A DNA stretch of 47,620 nt. It comes from Gemmataceae bacterium (lineage in GTDB: Bacteria > Planctomycetota > Planctomycetia > Gemmatales > Gemmataceae). The translations under genes were made by a program, and so were the position numbers. Where the stretch lies: NCBI GenBank assembly GCA_019747655.1, contig JAIEQO010000290.1, positions 1-47,620 of the forward strand. The letters run 5' to 3'. How positions within the stretch are numbered: position 1 is the stretch's first letter; every line of letters begins with the position of its first letter. Below are positions 1 to 7,788 of the stretch, piece by piece. The notes beneath the pieces were generated by a model, which was not told where the DNA came from, did no database searches, and saw nothing but the letters and a program-made list of their open reading frames with translations.

Positions 1-72
1 GTCGGAGAGGTCGCGGCGGTGCATGCAAGATCAGAGGCACGGCCGCCCCCCGCCGATTCAGCAGACAGAACC
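1..72 (-). mobile_element. End of a probable IS5-family element with the transposase start (MHRRDLSD..., 24->1) running off the window
   Basis: Minus strand reads cta|GGTTCTGTCTGC...; ATG at 24 gives MHRRDLSD, like the R-x-[DE]-L-[ST]-D-x-x-W N-terminus of IS5-family transposases; only 8 codons visible. Confidence 0.55.
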
Positions 73-74
73 TA

Positions 75-96
75 GTTCGTCCGGTGATAGGCTCAT
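75..96 (-). pseudogene. 5' stub (MSLSPDE) of a probable anti-sigma gene interrupted by the IS
   Basis: RBS GAGGA plus ATG 30 nt downstream of the ECF stop; frame runs into the IS end and stops. Confidence 0.4.
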
Positions 97-125
97 GTGT
101 TTTCCTCGGTTGGGTTCCCCTGTGA

Positions 126-722
126 CTACAGGTCGAACGCCGCCCTTACCTCGTCCCCGTCGATCCCCGCCGCTTCGAGACCGCGCTTCAAGCCCTGCCG
201 GGCGTCGTGCGTCAGCTTGTAAAGCGCGTTCCGCGTCAGCCCCATTTGAACGGCGATCTCAGCCTGCGGCATCCCCTTGAGCTCGGCCACCAGGGCCTGC
301 CGCTGCCGGTCGGTCAGGACGGTTTCGATGATCCGGTGCATCTCGGCGAGAACCGCCTGCCGTGCGTTCTGCGACGGCACTTCGGGCGGGGCGGGCGGAT
401 GGCGGGCCGGTGCGTCTTCGACCAGGCGGTCGAGTGAGACGTCCTTCCACTTTGCCCGGCGGAGTTCGGTGAACGCGACCCGCACCGCGATGGTCACGGC
501 CCAGGTGGTGAATCGGCTGTCGCTGCGGAACGTCGTCAGGCCGCCGAGGACTTTCAGAACCCCGTCCTGTGTCACGTCTTCGATGAACCCGTCGTCCGCG
601 GCGGCACGCCCGGCCAGCGCGCGACATAACCCGCGGTGAAGAACATCCCTCAGCTCGGCCACGGCTGCTTCTTCGGCCCCGCCGAGCAACCGCAGCCAGT
701 CCTCGTTGGTCCGCGCAGTCAC
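126..722 (-). CDS. ECF-type RNA polymerase sigma-70 factor
   Basis: Region 2 (EDVTQD...FRSDSRFTTWAVTIAVR) and region 4 HTH (LTDRQRQAL...EIAVQMGLTRNALYKL); GTG start at 722 with GGAG RBS. Confidence 0.9.
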   Translation of the reverse strand: MTARTNEDWLRLLGGAEEAAVAELRDVLHRGLCRALAGRAAADDGFIEDVTQDGVLKVLGGLTTFRSDSRFTTWAVTIAVRVAFTELRRAKWKDVSLDRLVEDAPARHPPAPPEVPSQNARQAVLAEMHRIIETVLTDRQRQALVAELKGMPQAEIAVQMGLTRNALYKLTHDARQGLKRGLEAAGIDGDEVRAAFDL

Positions 723-751
723 TAGCACTCCGAAAAAAGTTCGCACCGCCG

Positions 752-780
752 GGGTAAGACCACCCGGGGTCACAGCGTCT
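752..780 (+). promoter_or_regulatory. Possible ECF promoter for ykgB (GGTAAG...GCGTCT)
   Basis: ECF-like -35/-10 (CGTC) pair upstream of ykgB, next to the divergent ECF gene. Confidence 0.3.
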
Positions 781-838
781 GACGTGGCGTAGCGGGGCGA
801 CGAAGTTCGCCGCCCTGCCACAAGAACCGGAGACGACC

Positions 839-1345
839 ATGACCGCTCTCAACCGCCTCGATAACGTCCTGTCCGACCTCGGCACCCGTGCTGAAGCCGT
901 CGGTGGCCACGCCCTCCGCTACGGGCTGGTGCTGATCCTGTTGTTGATCGGCGGGATGAAGTTTACAGCCTACGAGGCCGAAGGCATCCGTCCGTTCGTC
1001 GAGAACAGCCCGTTCTTCGCGTGGACGTACCCGGCATTCGGCGTTCGGGGGATGTCGAGCATCCTCGGGGTGACCGAGATCATCGTCGGATTGCTGATCG
1101 CCGCCCGCCCGTGGTCCCCCCGACTCTCCGCCGTCGGCAGCCTGCTCGCGGTCGGGATGTTCCTGGGCACCCTCAGCTTCCTCGTGACCACCCCCGGCAC
1201 GTGGGTGGGCGACCTCGGCGGCTTCCCGGCCATCAGCGTGCTCGGCCAGTTCCTTATCAAGGACGTCGGATTGTTCGCGATCGCGGTCTGGTCGTTCGGC
1301 GAGGCGGCGAGGGCGGCCCGCCGGTCGGCGGCCGGAACCCCGTGA
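839..1345 (+). CDS. ykgB: YkgB/RclC family (DUF417) inner membrane protein
   Basis: Motifs IGGMKFTAYEAEGIRPFVENSPFF, FLGTLSFLVTTPG, GQFLIKD. Confidence 0.88.
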   Translation: MTALNRLDNVLSDLGTRAEAVGGHALRYGLVLILLLIGGMKFTAYEAEGIRPFVENSPFFAWTYPAFGVRGMSSILGVTEIIVGLLIAARPWSPRLSAVGSLLAVGMFLGTLSFLVTTPGTWVGDLGGFPAISVLGQFLIKDVGLFAIAVWSFGEAARAARRSAAGTP

Positions 1346-1348
1346 ACC

Positions 1349-1763
1349 TCACCCGCACCTCCGGGGGCCGCGTGCCCCCGGCGAAGCCGCAGACAGGCCG
1401 TCCGTTAGTTTACTGCTGCACGGAGCCGCTCGTTCCAGAAAGCCAGCGCGACGCCGGTCCGCCGCAACCTCCAGCCGGACGGATTTTTTCCTGGTGAACT
1501 GCGGGACCCGCTCCGCGTTGACAGAGTTCGCGAGCAGCGAGTCTAGCCGATTCCGCCGCGTCACTTCCGTCTTCGCACTCGTGATCCACCAGATTGCGGC
1601 CTTACGGTACGATTCCGCCTGCTTCTCGAAAAACTTCCACACGGCCGTGCTGGCCTTCAGAAGGCCCTGACACGCTTCGGGCATCTCCACCTCCCCCTAC
1701 TCGTGGGAGTAGATGCCCGACTTGCCTTCTTTCCGGGCCTCGAACGCCTTCAGTTCGGCAGGT
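1349..1763 (-). pseudogene. YdeI/OmpD-associated family protein remnant
   Basis: Reads PAELKAFEARKEGKSGIYSHE*GEVEMPE...SYRKAAIWWITSAKTEVTRRNRL; internal TAG and missing N-terminus. Confidence 0.75.
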
Positions 1764-2073
1764 AGCCGTTATCCCGCAGCCAGGGTTCGAGAGCTTCTTC
1801 GAGGATGTCCTGGAGCGTGTTCGGCGTGGTCCCGCTGAGCTGGCGTTCGAGCGACGCACGCTTGAGAGCCGTCCCAAAGTCGGATCGGATTCGCGTGCTG
1901 AGTGGCATTCGGTTGGCGGTGGGAGCCTGCTGACTCGCCGTCGGCTCACGGCGCGTTGGAGCCGGTGTACCGTCGGCCGGCGTGGTGCCCGCCTTGCCGC
2001 CGAACACGAACTCCTTCTCCGCGGACCGATCCAATGGGCTAATGCCGTCCACGAGTGTCCTGCGCTCCTTCAT
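1750..2073 (-). CDS. Small ParA partner (ParG-like, probable ribbon-helix-helix)
   Basis: Directly after parA with GAGGGAG RBS; flexible N-terminus and C-terminal strand-helix-helix pattern (PLSTRIR...LQDILEEALEPWL). Confidence 0.6.
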   Translation of the reverse strand: MKERRTLVDGISPLDRSAEKEFVFGGKAGTTPADGTPAPTRREPTASQQAPTANRMPLSTRIRSDFGTALKRASLERQLSGTTPNTLQDILEEALEPWLRDNGYLPN

Positions 2074-2092
2074 CTCGATTCTCCCTCACGTC

Positions 2093-2767
2093 TCATGCGA
2101 CCGCCTTTCGCGTCTGTCGGCCGTTCACGTACATCGTTCGTTTGCCCGGTAACAGTTCGGCGAACAGCGCATCGACTTCTTCGGCGGCATCCTTACCGCG
2201 AGAACCGAGTTTCCAGACGACCGCCCCTTGGCCGGGGGCGTCGGCGTATACTTGGCGTTGCGTCAGCCCTGATGTTGCGACGGTGAGTCCCAACGCGGTC
2301 GCCGCGTCTTTCATGTCCTGCGTCAACCGGTACGTCTTTCCGATCATGGTCAGGGCGATCATGGCACGCGGGACGCCGCCCCGGATATCCTGGGCCTGCC
2401 GCAGCACGTTCGTCGCCTGGGTGAGTGCCCTCACTTCGAGCATGCTGGCTTTACACGGCACGAGAGCGAGGTCGGCCCTCAGGAGAAGTGCGCGACTCGT
2501 TTCCGTGTTGCTGCCGGGGCCGTCGGCGATGACGAAATCTGCTTCCTGATCGAGGAGCGGCAGGCGGTCGAGGATGGCGTCGGGGTCCGGGAGGGAAACA
2601 CTGCGAACCGCGGGTACGGCTTCCTTCGCCCATTCCGACGAGGATTGCTGCGCGTCGCAGTCGGCAAGAATGACGCGGTAGCCCTGCTCGTGGAGCCAGG
2701 CTGCCAGATGAACGGCGATGGTCGATTTCCCGACCCCGCCTTTGGAATTTGCAATGACGATAATCAC
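2093..2767 (-). CDS. parA: ParA/Soj family ATPase (short, type Ib-like)
   Basis: Deviant Walker A KGGVGKST, ADCDAQQS, IADGPG; start re-called at GTG 2767 (MIIVIANSK). Confidence 0.92.
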   Translation of the reverse strand: MIIVIANSKGGVGKSTIAVHLAAWLHEQGYRVILADCDAQQSSSEWAKEAVPAVRSVSLPDPDAILDRLPLLDQEADFVIADGPGSNTETSRALLLRADLALVPCKASMLEVRALTQATNVLRQAQDIRGGVPRAMIALTMIGKTYRLTQDMKDAATALGLTVATSGLTQRQVYADAPGQGAVVWKLGSRGKDAAEEVDALFAELLPGKRTMYVNGRQTRKAVA

Positions 2768-2792
2768 GATCAGACCCATAGCACGACAGCCG

Positions 2793-2997
2793 TCATGCTG
2801 GCAAGCAGTATGTGCATCTGACTGGCCAGTCAGCATGTCGGCATGACTTCTGGCCGGCACGATGTCCGTCCGGCATGACGGTCAGCATGATGGCCATCGT
2901 GCCAGCAGGACGACAGGCAGGATGGCTTGCGGTGCAGACGGCAAGCCTGCTGTCATGCCAGCCAGCAAGCTTGCTTGCCAGATGGCTGGCAGGCGGC
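2793..2997. repeat. 4-bp-periodic degenerate array upstream of parA (parC/parH-like centromere or operator)
   Basis: About 50 in-phase tetramers (atgc tggc aagc ... cagc cagc aagc ttgc ttgc caga tggc tggc aggc). Confidence 0.7.
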
Positions 2998-3481
2998 TGA
3001 CCCGCGATTTCCCGGGGAAATCCGGCGTATGCCGTGCATAGGGAAGACGCCTGAACGAAAAAGCTCACCAACGCCCCCCATCCAAATGCCATCTGGGGCC
3101 ATCCGACTCGTGCGCCGGAGGATCTCAAAGGTACGGCTGCGTGGAGGTCGTTCGCATCGCCCGAAGCGATGCAGGTGAGCGGTGCGGGCCTGGGTTTCGA
3201 TTATTGCAGTCGGTTGCCGATTCCGCTCGATGGGAGGCGGTCTCAACCGGTGGCTCGCAGGGCTCGCCGCCGAGGGGGAACGGAAGCCGAATCCCGCACC
3301 GACGCGGGTTCGGAATGGCCCGACGGATGACGGAAGGATGCGGCTCACAAGCGGTGTCTCCGCGGGTCGATCCGGCACACTTGAAATTGGCTCGACCTGC
3401 GCGAACAATGAACGCGGCGGACCGCAGACATACGCTCGGTCGGCTGGGTCACTGGCCGCCCCTCCACACGGGGAGACGAAG

Positions 3482-3706
3482 ATGAGTTTCTGGAGTAAAC
3501 TAAACACGTTTCTCGGCGATCTGGAGAAGCACCACGCTTCGAGTACGCAAGCGGCCTATTCGCACGGCAAGCTGGCGGGCTTGAACGGCAGCCCCAGTGA
3601 GTATCACGTTTTCCAAGATGCCCAGCGATCGCCGGAGTGGCTGGCGGCATACGAACGGGGCTACCGGGAAGGCCGGAGCGAGCGCCAGGCCGACCGCCGG
3701 GACTGA
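3482..3706 (+). CDS. Small hypothetical protein (74 aa) with Rmf-like AYxxG...WxxxYxxG pattern
   Basis: GGGGAG RBS before ATG 3482; AYSHGKLAG...EWLAAYERGYREG. Confidence 0.6.
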   Translation: MSFWSKLNTFLGDLEKHHASSTQAAYSHGKLAGLNGSPSEYHVFQDAQRSPEWLAAYERGYREGRSERQADRRD

Positions 3707-3748
3707 ACCGCCGTTCGTCGCTCTCATCCCCGCCTGCAGCCGTTCCGT

Positions 3749-4417
3749 TCAACCCCGCTCGTGCCCCCCGTCACCGCCCCGGGATTTCAGCCGCTCGGTG
3801 TGCGTCTGGGGGTCCCGGAGTTTCCGCACCCGGTCCCGGGACGACGGGTGACTGTGACTCGCCGGGTTCCGGCTTCGTTCAAACACGGACGCCAGGGATT
3901 CCGGGTCGCCGGTGACCGCTACCGCCAGTGCGTCCGCCGCGTACTCCCGCTTGTGATGGGCGGCCCGCAGGTCGGGGACGAGCATCGCGGGGATCCGGTC
4001 CATGTCACCGTTGGCGATGTGAGCGAGTTCGTGTCCGGCGATCCCCTTGAGTTGGCCCGGCGTGTACTCGAAGAATGCTTCCTCCTTCACCAACAGTAAG
4101 TCTTCGGTCAGTACGGACGCGATACTTTGGGTGAGCGACGAATACCCGGCCAGCACTTTCACATTCGGAGGCCGGATTCCCAGTTCCGCCGACAAGGACT
4201 GCACGTCGGCGAGGAACCGGTCGTATCCTGGGAGTTGCACTGACCATTCGGGGGATCGGAAGTCGGCCCGGTAGTCGTGGAGAAGTTTGTTGGCAGCGAC
4301 AGCGCGAGCCGCACGGCCGCCCGCCCAGAACTCCACCGCTTTCACCCGTGCCACCCAGCCGACTTCGTTTAGGATGTTACCGACCCGGGTTCTCGCTTTT
4401 TCGTGCCACTTCGCCAT
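3749..4417 (-). CDS. M48/HtpX-like zinc metallopeptidase, apparently soluble
   Basis: GHELAHIANGD (HExxH), REYAADALA, SHPSSRDRV; no clear TM segments; start uncertain (4417 or 4432). Confidence 0.85.
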   Translation of the reverse strand: MAKWHEKARTRVGNILNEVGWVARVKAVEFWAGGRAARAVAANKLLHDYRADFRSPEWSVQLPGYDRFLADVQSLSAELGIRPPNVKVLAGYSSLTQSIASVLTEDLLLVKEEAFFEYTPGQLKGIAGHELAHIANGDMDRIPAMLVPDLRAAHHKREYAADALAVAVTGDPESLASVFERSRNPASHSHPSSRDRVRKLRDPQTHTERLKSRGGDGGHERG

Positions 4418-4517
4418 TCGCGATAGTAACACGAGAGAGCCATCGTTGTCACCCGTCCCGTGCGGCAGCCCGCGTGTCGTTACTCAGCCCCGGCCCGTCG
4501 ATTGGCCACGCGGTTCC

Positions 4518-4841
4518 CTATCCCGCCGCCGCAGCGATGGCGGACAGAGCGATCTCGCGTGCTTCTTCTTCGCCTTCACTCAGTCCGATCCCGTACTTCA
4601 GGTCCATGTCCACCGTCTCCGCGAGCAGGTAGTGCAAGGCTTCCAGTAGCCTCGGGGCCACGGCCATGAGCCGGATCGCGGCAAGGGCGGTCGGGGTCGG
4701 ATCACCTGGTTGCGGTAACCAGAACGTGGAACTCTCGGCAAGGACGTGCCCGTCGGCGTCGCGGACGACGGCGTAGTCTTCGGTCCCGTCGGACTCGATG
4801 TGCAGGCTCCAGGGTGTGCAGTAAGGGGTGGCTTCGGTCAT
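4518..4841 (-). CDS. Hypothetical protein of the mobile element
   Basis: AAGGAG RBS; TPW...AIRLMAVAPRLLEAL pattern common in phage/plasmid small proteins. Confidence 0.7.
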   Translation of the reverse strand: MTEATPYCTPWSLHIESDGTEDYAVVRDADGHVLAESSTFWLPQPGDPTPTALAAIRLMAVAPRLLEALHYLLAETVDMDLKYGIGLSEGEEEAREIALSAIAAAAG

Positions 4842-4879
4842 GTCATGTCTCCTTCAGGTTGCGGCCCCGCCGTTCGGGG

Positions 4880-5013
4880 CTTTCGGGGGAGCGACCGAAG
4901 CCGCCAGGACGGCCGCCGCACGGCGTCCGTGCCAAGCGAAAGACGGAGGCTCCCGCAGGGAAGCCGTCTTGGCAGCTTGCACGGGCCGGACGCGGCTTCA
5001 GCATCACCCGAAG
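4880..5013. promoter_or_regulatory. Long nested hairpin, copy A (ssDNA-promoter/Frpo-like)
   Basis: Pairs gaagccgc/gcggcttc, caagc/gcttg, aagacgg/ccgtctt; related to 7642-7788. Confidence 0.6.
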
Positions 5014-5059
5014 TAAGCCGCGGCGGCGTGGCCCTCCGGTGCAGTTGCATGTCCGTATC

Positions 5060-5470
5060 TCACCGATAGCTGCGACCCATGATCCGGGCGTACACTTCCT
5101 CGGCGTGTTCGCGTGCGTCGAAGTCACCGACCGCCATGACGCCTTCGCCGGGGATGTGGCCGTAGAGCGTCCAGAAGTCGGCCTCGAAAGGCTCGCAGGG
5201 TTCGACGGACGACGAGTGCGGTTCGTCGGTATCCCGCACGAGCCGGCACGGCTGGATTTCGTAACCGTCGAACGGTGTCGGTACGTTCGCATCCGGCGGC
5301 ATCACAGGTGCGGCTTGCTGGCCGGTTTCAAAGGCGGCAGTAAGCGCCGCCTCGACCTGCCAGACCGCCACCTCGTGGAAGTCGAGCCGGTCGGAGTTTC
5401 GGGTCGTCAGGGTCGGGATGCCGAGCAGCTTGGCGGCGATGTCGGTGATGCGAGAGTGGGTGTTTGTCAT
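5060..5470 (-). CDS. DUF6900-like domain protein
   Basis: IAAKLLGIPTLTTRNSDRLDFHEVAVWQVEAALTAAF signature; AAAGGA RBS. Confidence 0.75.
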   Translation of the reverse strand: MTNTHSRITDIAAKLLGIPTLTTRNSDRLDFHEVAVWQVEAALTAAFETGQQAAPVMPPDANVPTPFDGYEIQPCRLVRDTDEPHSSSVEPCEPFEADFWTLYGHIPGEGVMAVGDFDAREHAEEVYARIMGRSYR

Positions 5471-5498
5471 GGCGAGAGTCCTTTCTCGGGAGATGTGG

Positions 5499-6254
5499 TT
5501 ATCGATTTTTGGCGAAGACCATGCAGGTGTCGTGCAGGCCGGGGATGAAGCGACTGCGGTAGACCTTCTTGCCGCTGCTCGCCCCGTGGGAAAAGCGGAT
5601 GATGTCGGTGCAGTGCTGCCGCAGCCCGGCGGCGAACGCGAGCCGCTTGGTGTGGAAGGTGAGCGGTACGAATCCCTCGTCGCGGTCGCTGTAGTCGCCC
5701 ATCAGGACGGCCAGCTTGCCGTCGGGCTTCAGGGCCGACGCACAGTTGCGGAGGAACTGCCCGTAGCGGCGCAGGAAGTGGTCGAGCGTGGGGGACCGGG
5801 AGAGGTCGCGGGGGTCGTCGGCGTACAGCTTCATCCGCCAGTATGCCGGGTGTGCCCAGATGAAGTCGAACGTCTCGGGGCCGGGGAACTCGGCCGCGTC
5901 GCAGGCGTCGAACCCGGTGTGGATGTCGAAGGACACGCACGGTACGCCCATCTCTTCGCACACGTCCGCGCAGGTGCCCGACCCGCTCATCGGGTCGAAG
6001 ACGAGACCCGGCTCGAAATAGGTCAGCAGATCCTTGATGAGGTTGCCGCCGCAGTTGCCGGGGTAGGCACGGTCGCCGTAGTCGCCGGCGCGGTGGAAGT
6101 GGTAGAGGCTGGTCAGGTGCGGAACGGGACTGCCGTTGCGCGGGGATTGGGGCAGGCGGGCGTAGACGGGCCGGTCACACGCCTCGTTCCTCGTTGCGGC
6201 CCGTTTCATTCGCCCGGCGAAGAAGGGGTTGGTGATCAGGGTGGATTGGGTCAT
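5499..6254 (-). CDS. Orphan amino (N4-C/N6-A) DNA methyltransferase
   Basis: SAM motif VFDPMSGSGT then FDFIWAHPAYW (DPPY-like); AAAGGAG RBS before ATG 6254. Confidence 0.82.
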   Translation of the reverse strand: MTQSTLITNPFFAGRMKRAATRNEACDRPVYARLPQSPRNGSPVPHLTSLYHFHRAGDYGDRAYPGNCGGNLIKDLLTYFEPGLVFDPMSGSGTCADVCEEMGVPCVSFDIHTGFDACDAAEFPGPETFDFIWAHPAYWRMKLYADDPRDLSRSPTLDHFLRRYGQFLRNCASALKPDGKLAVLMGDYSDRDEGFVPLTFHTKRLAFAAGLRQHCTDIIRFSHGASSGKKVYRSRFIPGLHDTCMVFAKNR

Positions 6255-6289
6255 AGGGTCTCCTTTCGGGTTGTTGTGGGACGTTGCGT

Positions 6290-6907
6290 TCACGGCTCGT
6301 CTCCTTTGGCGGTAATCGCCTTTTCCAGGTCTTCGAGTCGGCTTGCAAGTCTGCTGAATCCGCCGGGGTCGTTATTAAGCCCGGAGTCCGGCAGATTTTC
6401 AGCCGCAGTCAGCAATGACTTGACCCGACGGCAGAGAAGTTCCTTAGGAAGCGTCCAGTGAATACGCCGTGTTCTTCGTCGCAGCCCTGTCGAAATCCCG
6501 GGAAATCGCAGGGATTTCGCCGAAGCACCTGGAAAGAACACGGCGTAGTTGATGGACGCCTCCTTAGCAAGGGGTCCAACGGGAAACACGCCGTTGGCGG
6601 TCGCCTCGATGAAGTCGAGATGGCACTCGCCCCGCCGGAAATCGTCGCGGGCGGTGACCAGAACGGTCCACGCTTGTTCGGTCGTGAGGTCGGGCCTGCG
6701 GGCCAGTACGTCGCTTACGGACCACACCAGGGCGACGCTGTCTTCGGCTTCCAGATGGGCGTCGAGATCGAGGCAATGGTCCCAGTCGTCGTCGGCGAAC
6801 TCCAGGAAGGTGCCAAGATCGATGTCGGCGGGGACGTGGAACCCGGACGGGTACCTCCGTTCCAGGATGTCGGCAAGGTTGAGGGTGAGTTTCTGGGTCA
6901 TAGTCAT
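6290..6907 (-). CDS. Hypothetical protein carrying a 40-codon in-frame MITE insertion
   Basis: WSVSDVLARRPDLTTEQAWTVL motif; overlaps the upstream gene (ATGA); insertion duplicates ...KE. Confidence 0.7.
   Translation of the reverse strand: MTMTQKLTLNLADILERRYPSGFHVPADIDLGTFLEFADDDWDHCLDLDAHLEAEDSVALVWSVSDVLARRPDLTTEQAWTVLVTARDDFRRGECHLDFIEATANGVFPVGPLAKEASINYAVFFPGASAKSLRFPGISTGLRRRTRRIHWTLPKELLCRRVKSLLTAAENLPDSGLNNDPGGFSRLASRLEDLEKAITAKGDEP
6447..6563. mobile_element. MITE, 117 bp, about 30-bp imperfect TIRs, TTA target duplication
   Basis: Left GGAAGCGTCCAGTGAATACGCCGTGTTCTT vs right (rc) GGAGGCGTCCATCAACTACGCCGTGTTCTT; TTA at 6444-46 and 6564-66; internal hairpin CGAAATCCC/GGGATTTCG. 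Confidence 0.85.
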
Positions 6908-7158
6908 GCCTCCTGCTGCCAGGTGGCAATCGCCCGCCTCAGGTGCGGCTCGTAGCGGTCGCCCCGCCAGGAGTTCACGCCGAATGCGACGTTGCCCAGT
7001 GCCAGTTTGTCGAGGTTGAAGACCGCGACGTGGTGGCCGGCGTCGAAGACGACTCCCAGCATCTGCCCCTCGTCGGGGTCGCGGAAGATCACGGGGTAGA
7101 ACGGTGCGCCGCAGATGCCGTTGCGGTGGTAAGTGATGTGATCGAAGTGAAGTTTCAT
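6904..7158 (-). CDS. Hypothetical protein
   Basis: GGGAGG RBS, ATG 7158; HRNGICGAPF...GVNSWRGD. Confidence 0.7.
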   Translation of the reverse strand: MKLHFDHITYHRNGICGAPFYPVIFRDPDEGQMLGVVFDAGHHVAVFNLDKLALGNVAFGVNSWRGDRYEPHLRRAIATWQQEA

Positions 7159-7168
7159 GGCGGCCTCC

Positions 7169-7324
7169 CTATTCGATCCGGCCGAGATGAAGGCGGAGTT
7201 CCTGGAACTCTCGCTCCAGGTCGTCCAGGGCGACATCGAAGTCGGGATCGATGCCGCCGGAAAGCTGGTCCGTCAGATCGAGGAGACGCGAGTGCAGGAT
7301 AAAGCGGTCGGTGTCGTAATTCAT
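7169..7324 (-). CDS. Small acidic protein (51 aa, MNYDTDRFILHSRLLDL...), not in the ORF track
   Basis: AAAGGA RBS, ATG 7324, TAG 7169, fills the gap in the operon. Confidence 0.65.
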   Translation of the reverse strand: MNYDTDRFILHSRLLDLTDQLSGGIDPDFDVALDDLEREFQELRLHLGRIE

Positions 7325-7387
7325 GCGGTATTTCCTTTCGGTTGAGTGGGTCGGAGCGGGCGGGGCCGCAGCCCCGCCCGGTGCGGG

Positions 7388-7597
7388 TTAGTCTTTCTTC
7401 TCGGTGGCGACGCGGAGGGTGATCCGGCCGTCGAGCGGGACGACTTCGATCTGGACGTTGAAGCCGTTGCCGTCGGCGTGTGGCCAGGCACTGCCGATGC
7501 GGGTCCAGAACCCCTTCTGCCCGTCGCGGTCGCGGACCTGGTAGGCGATGTGGGTCGGTCCTTTGCTCGGGGCGTCGGTCTTCTTGTTGGTCGTCAT
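7388..7597 (-). CDS. Small plasmid-type protein (WTRIGSAW motif; possible ssDNA-binding beta fold)
   Basis: AAAGGA RBS; PTHIAYQVR...FWTRIGSAWPHADGNGFNV. Confidence 0.75.
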   Translation of the reverse strand: MTTNKKTDAPSKGPTHIAYQVRDRDGQKGFWTRIGSAWPHADGNGFNVQIEVVPLDGRITLRVATEKKD

Positions 7598-7641
7598 GGG
7601 TTGGTTCCTTTCGCTTTTGCTTCACCGGCCGCGAGCATCGC

Positions 7642-7788
7642 GGCCTGATGGCACCCGTACCAAAGCCGCGGTAGGCCGGGGCGTCAGCGCACCGGGCAAG
7701 CGGAATTTCGGAGGGCACCCCCCGGGACGGAACCGTCATTCCGCTTGCGCGGCACGGCGGCGGCTTTAGGCGTGCCCGTCAGAAGGCC
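7642..7788. promoter_or_regulatory. Long nested hairpin, copy B (ssDNA-promoter/Frpo-like)
   Basis: Pairs gcaagcggaat/attccgcttgc, aaagccgc/gcggcttt, ggcctgatggcac/gtgcccgtcagaaggcc. Confidence 0.65.

Noticed and set aside
1395-1480. Possible decayed attC after the YdeI remnant (ttgcggcggaccggc...ttctgg on the minus strand)
   Set aside because: No clear R''/R' core pair could be identified
2793-3128. Small ORFs over the tetramer array, including the extended parA N-terminus
   Set aside because: Low-complexity translations of a DNA repeat; ParA homology starts at 2767
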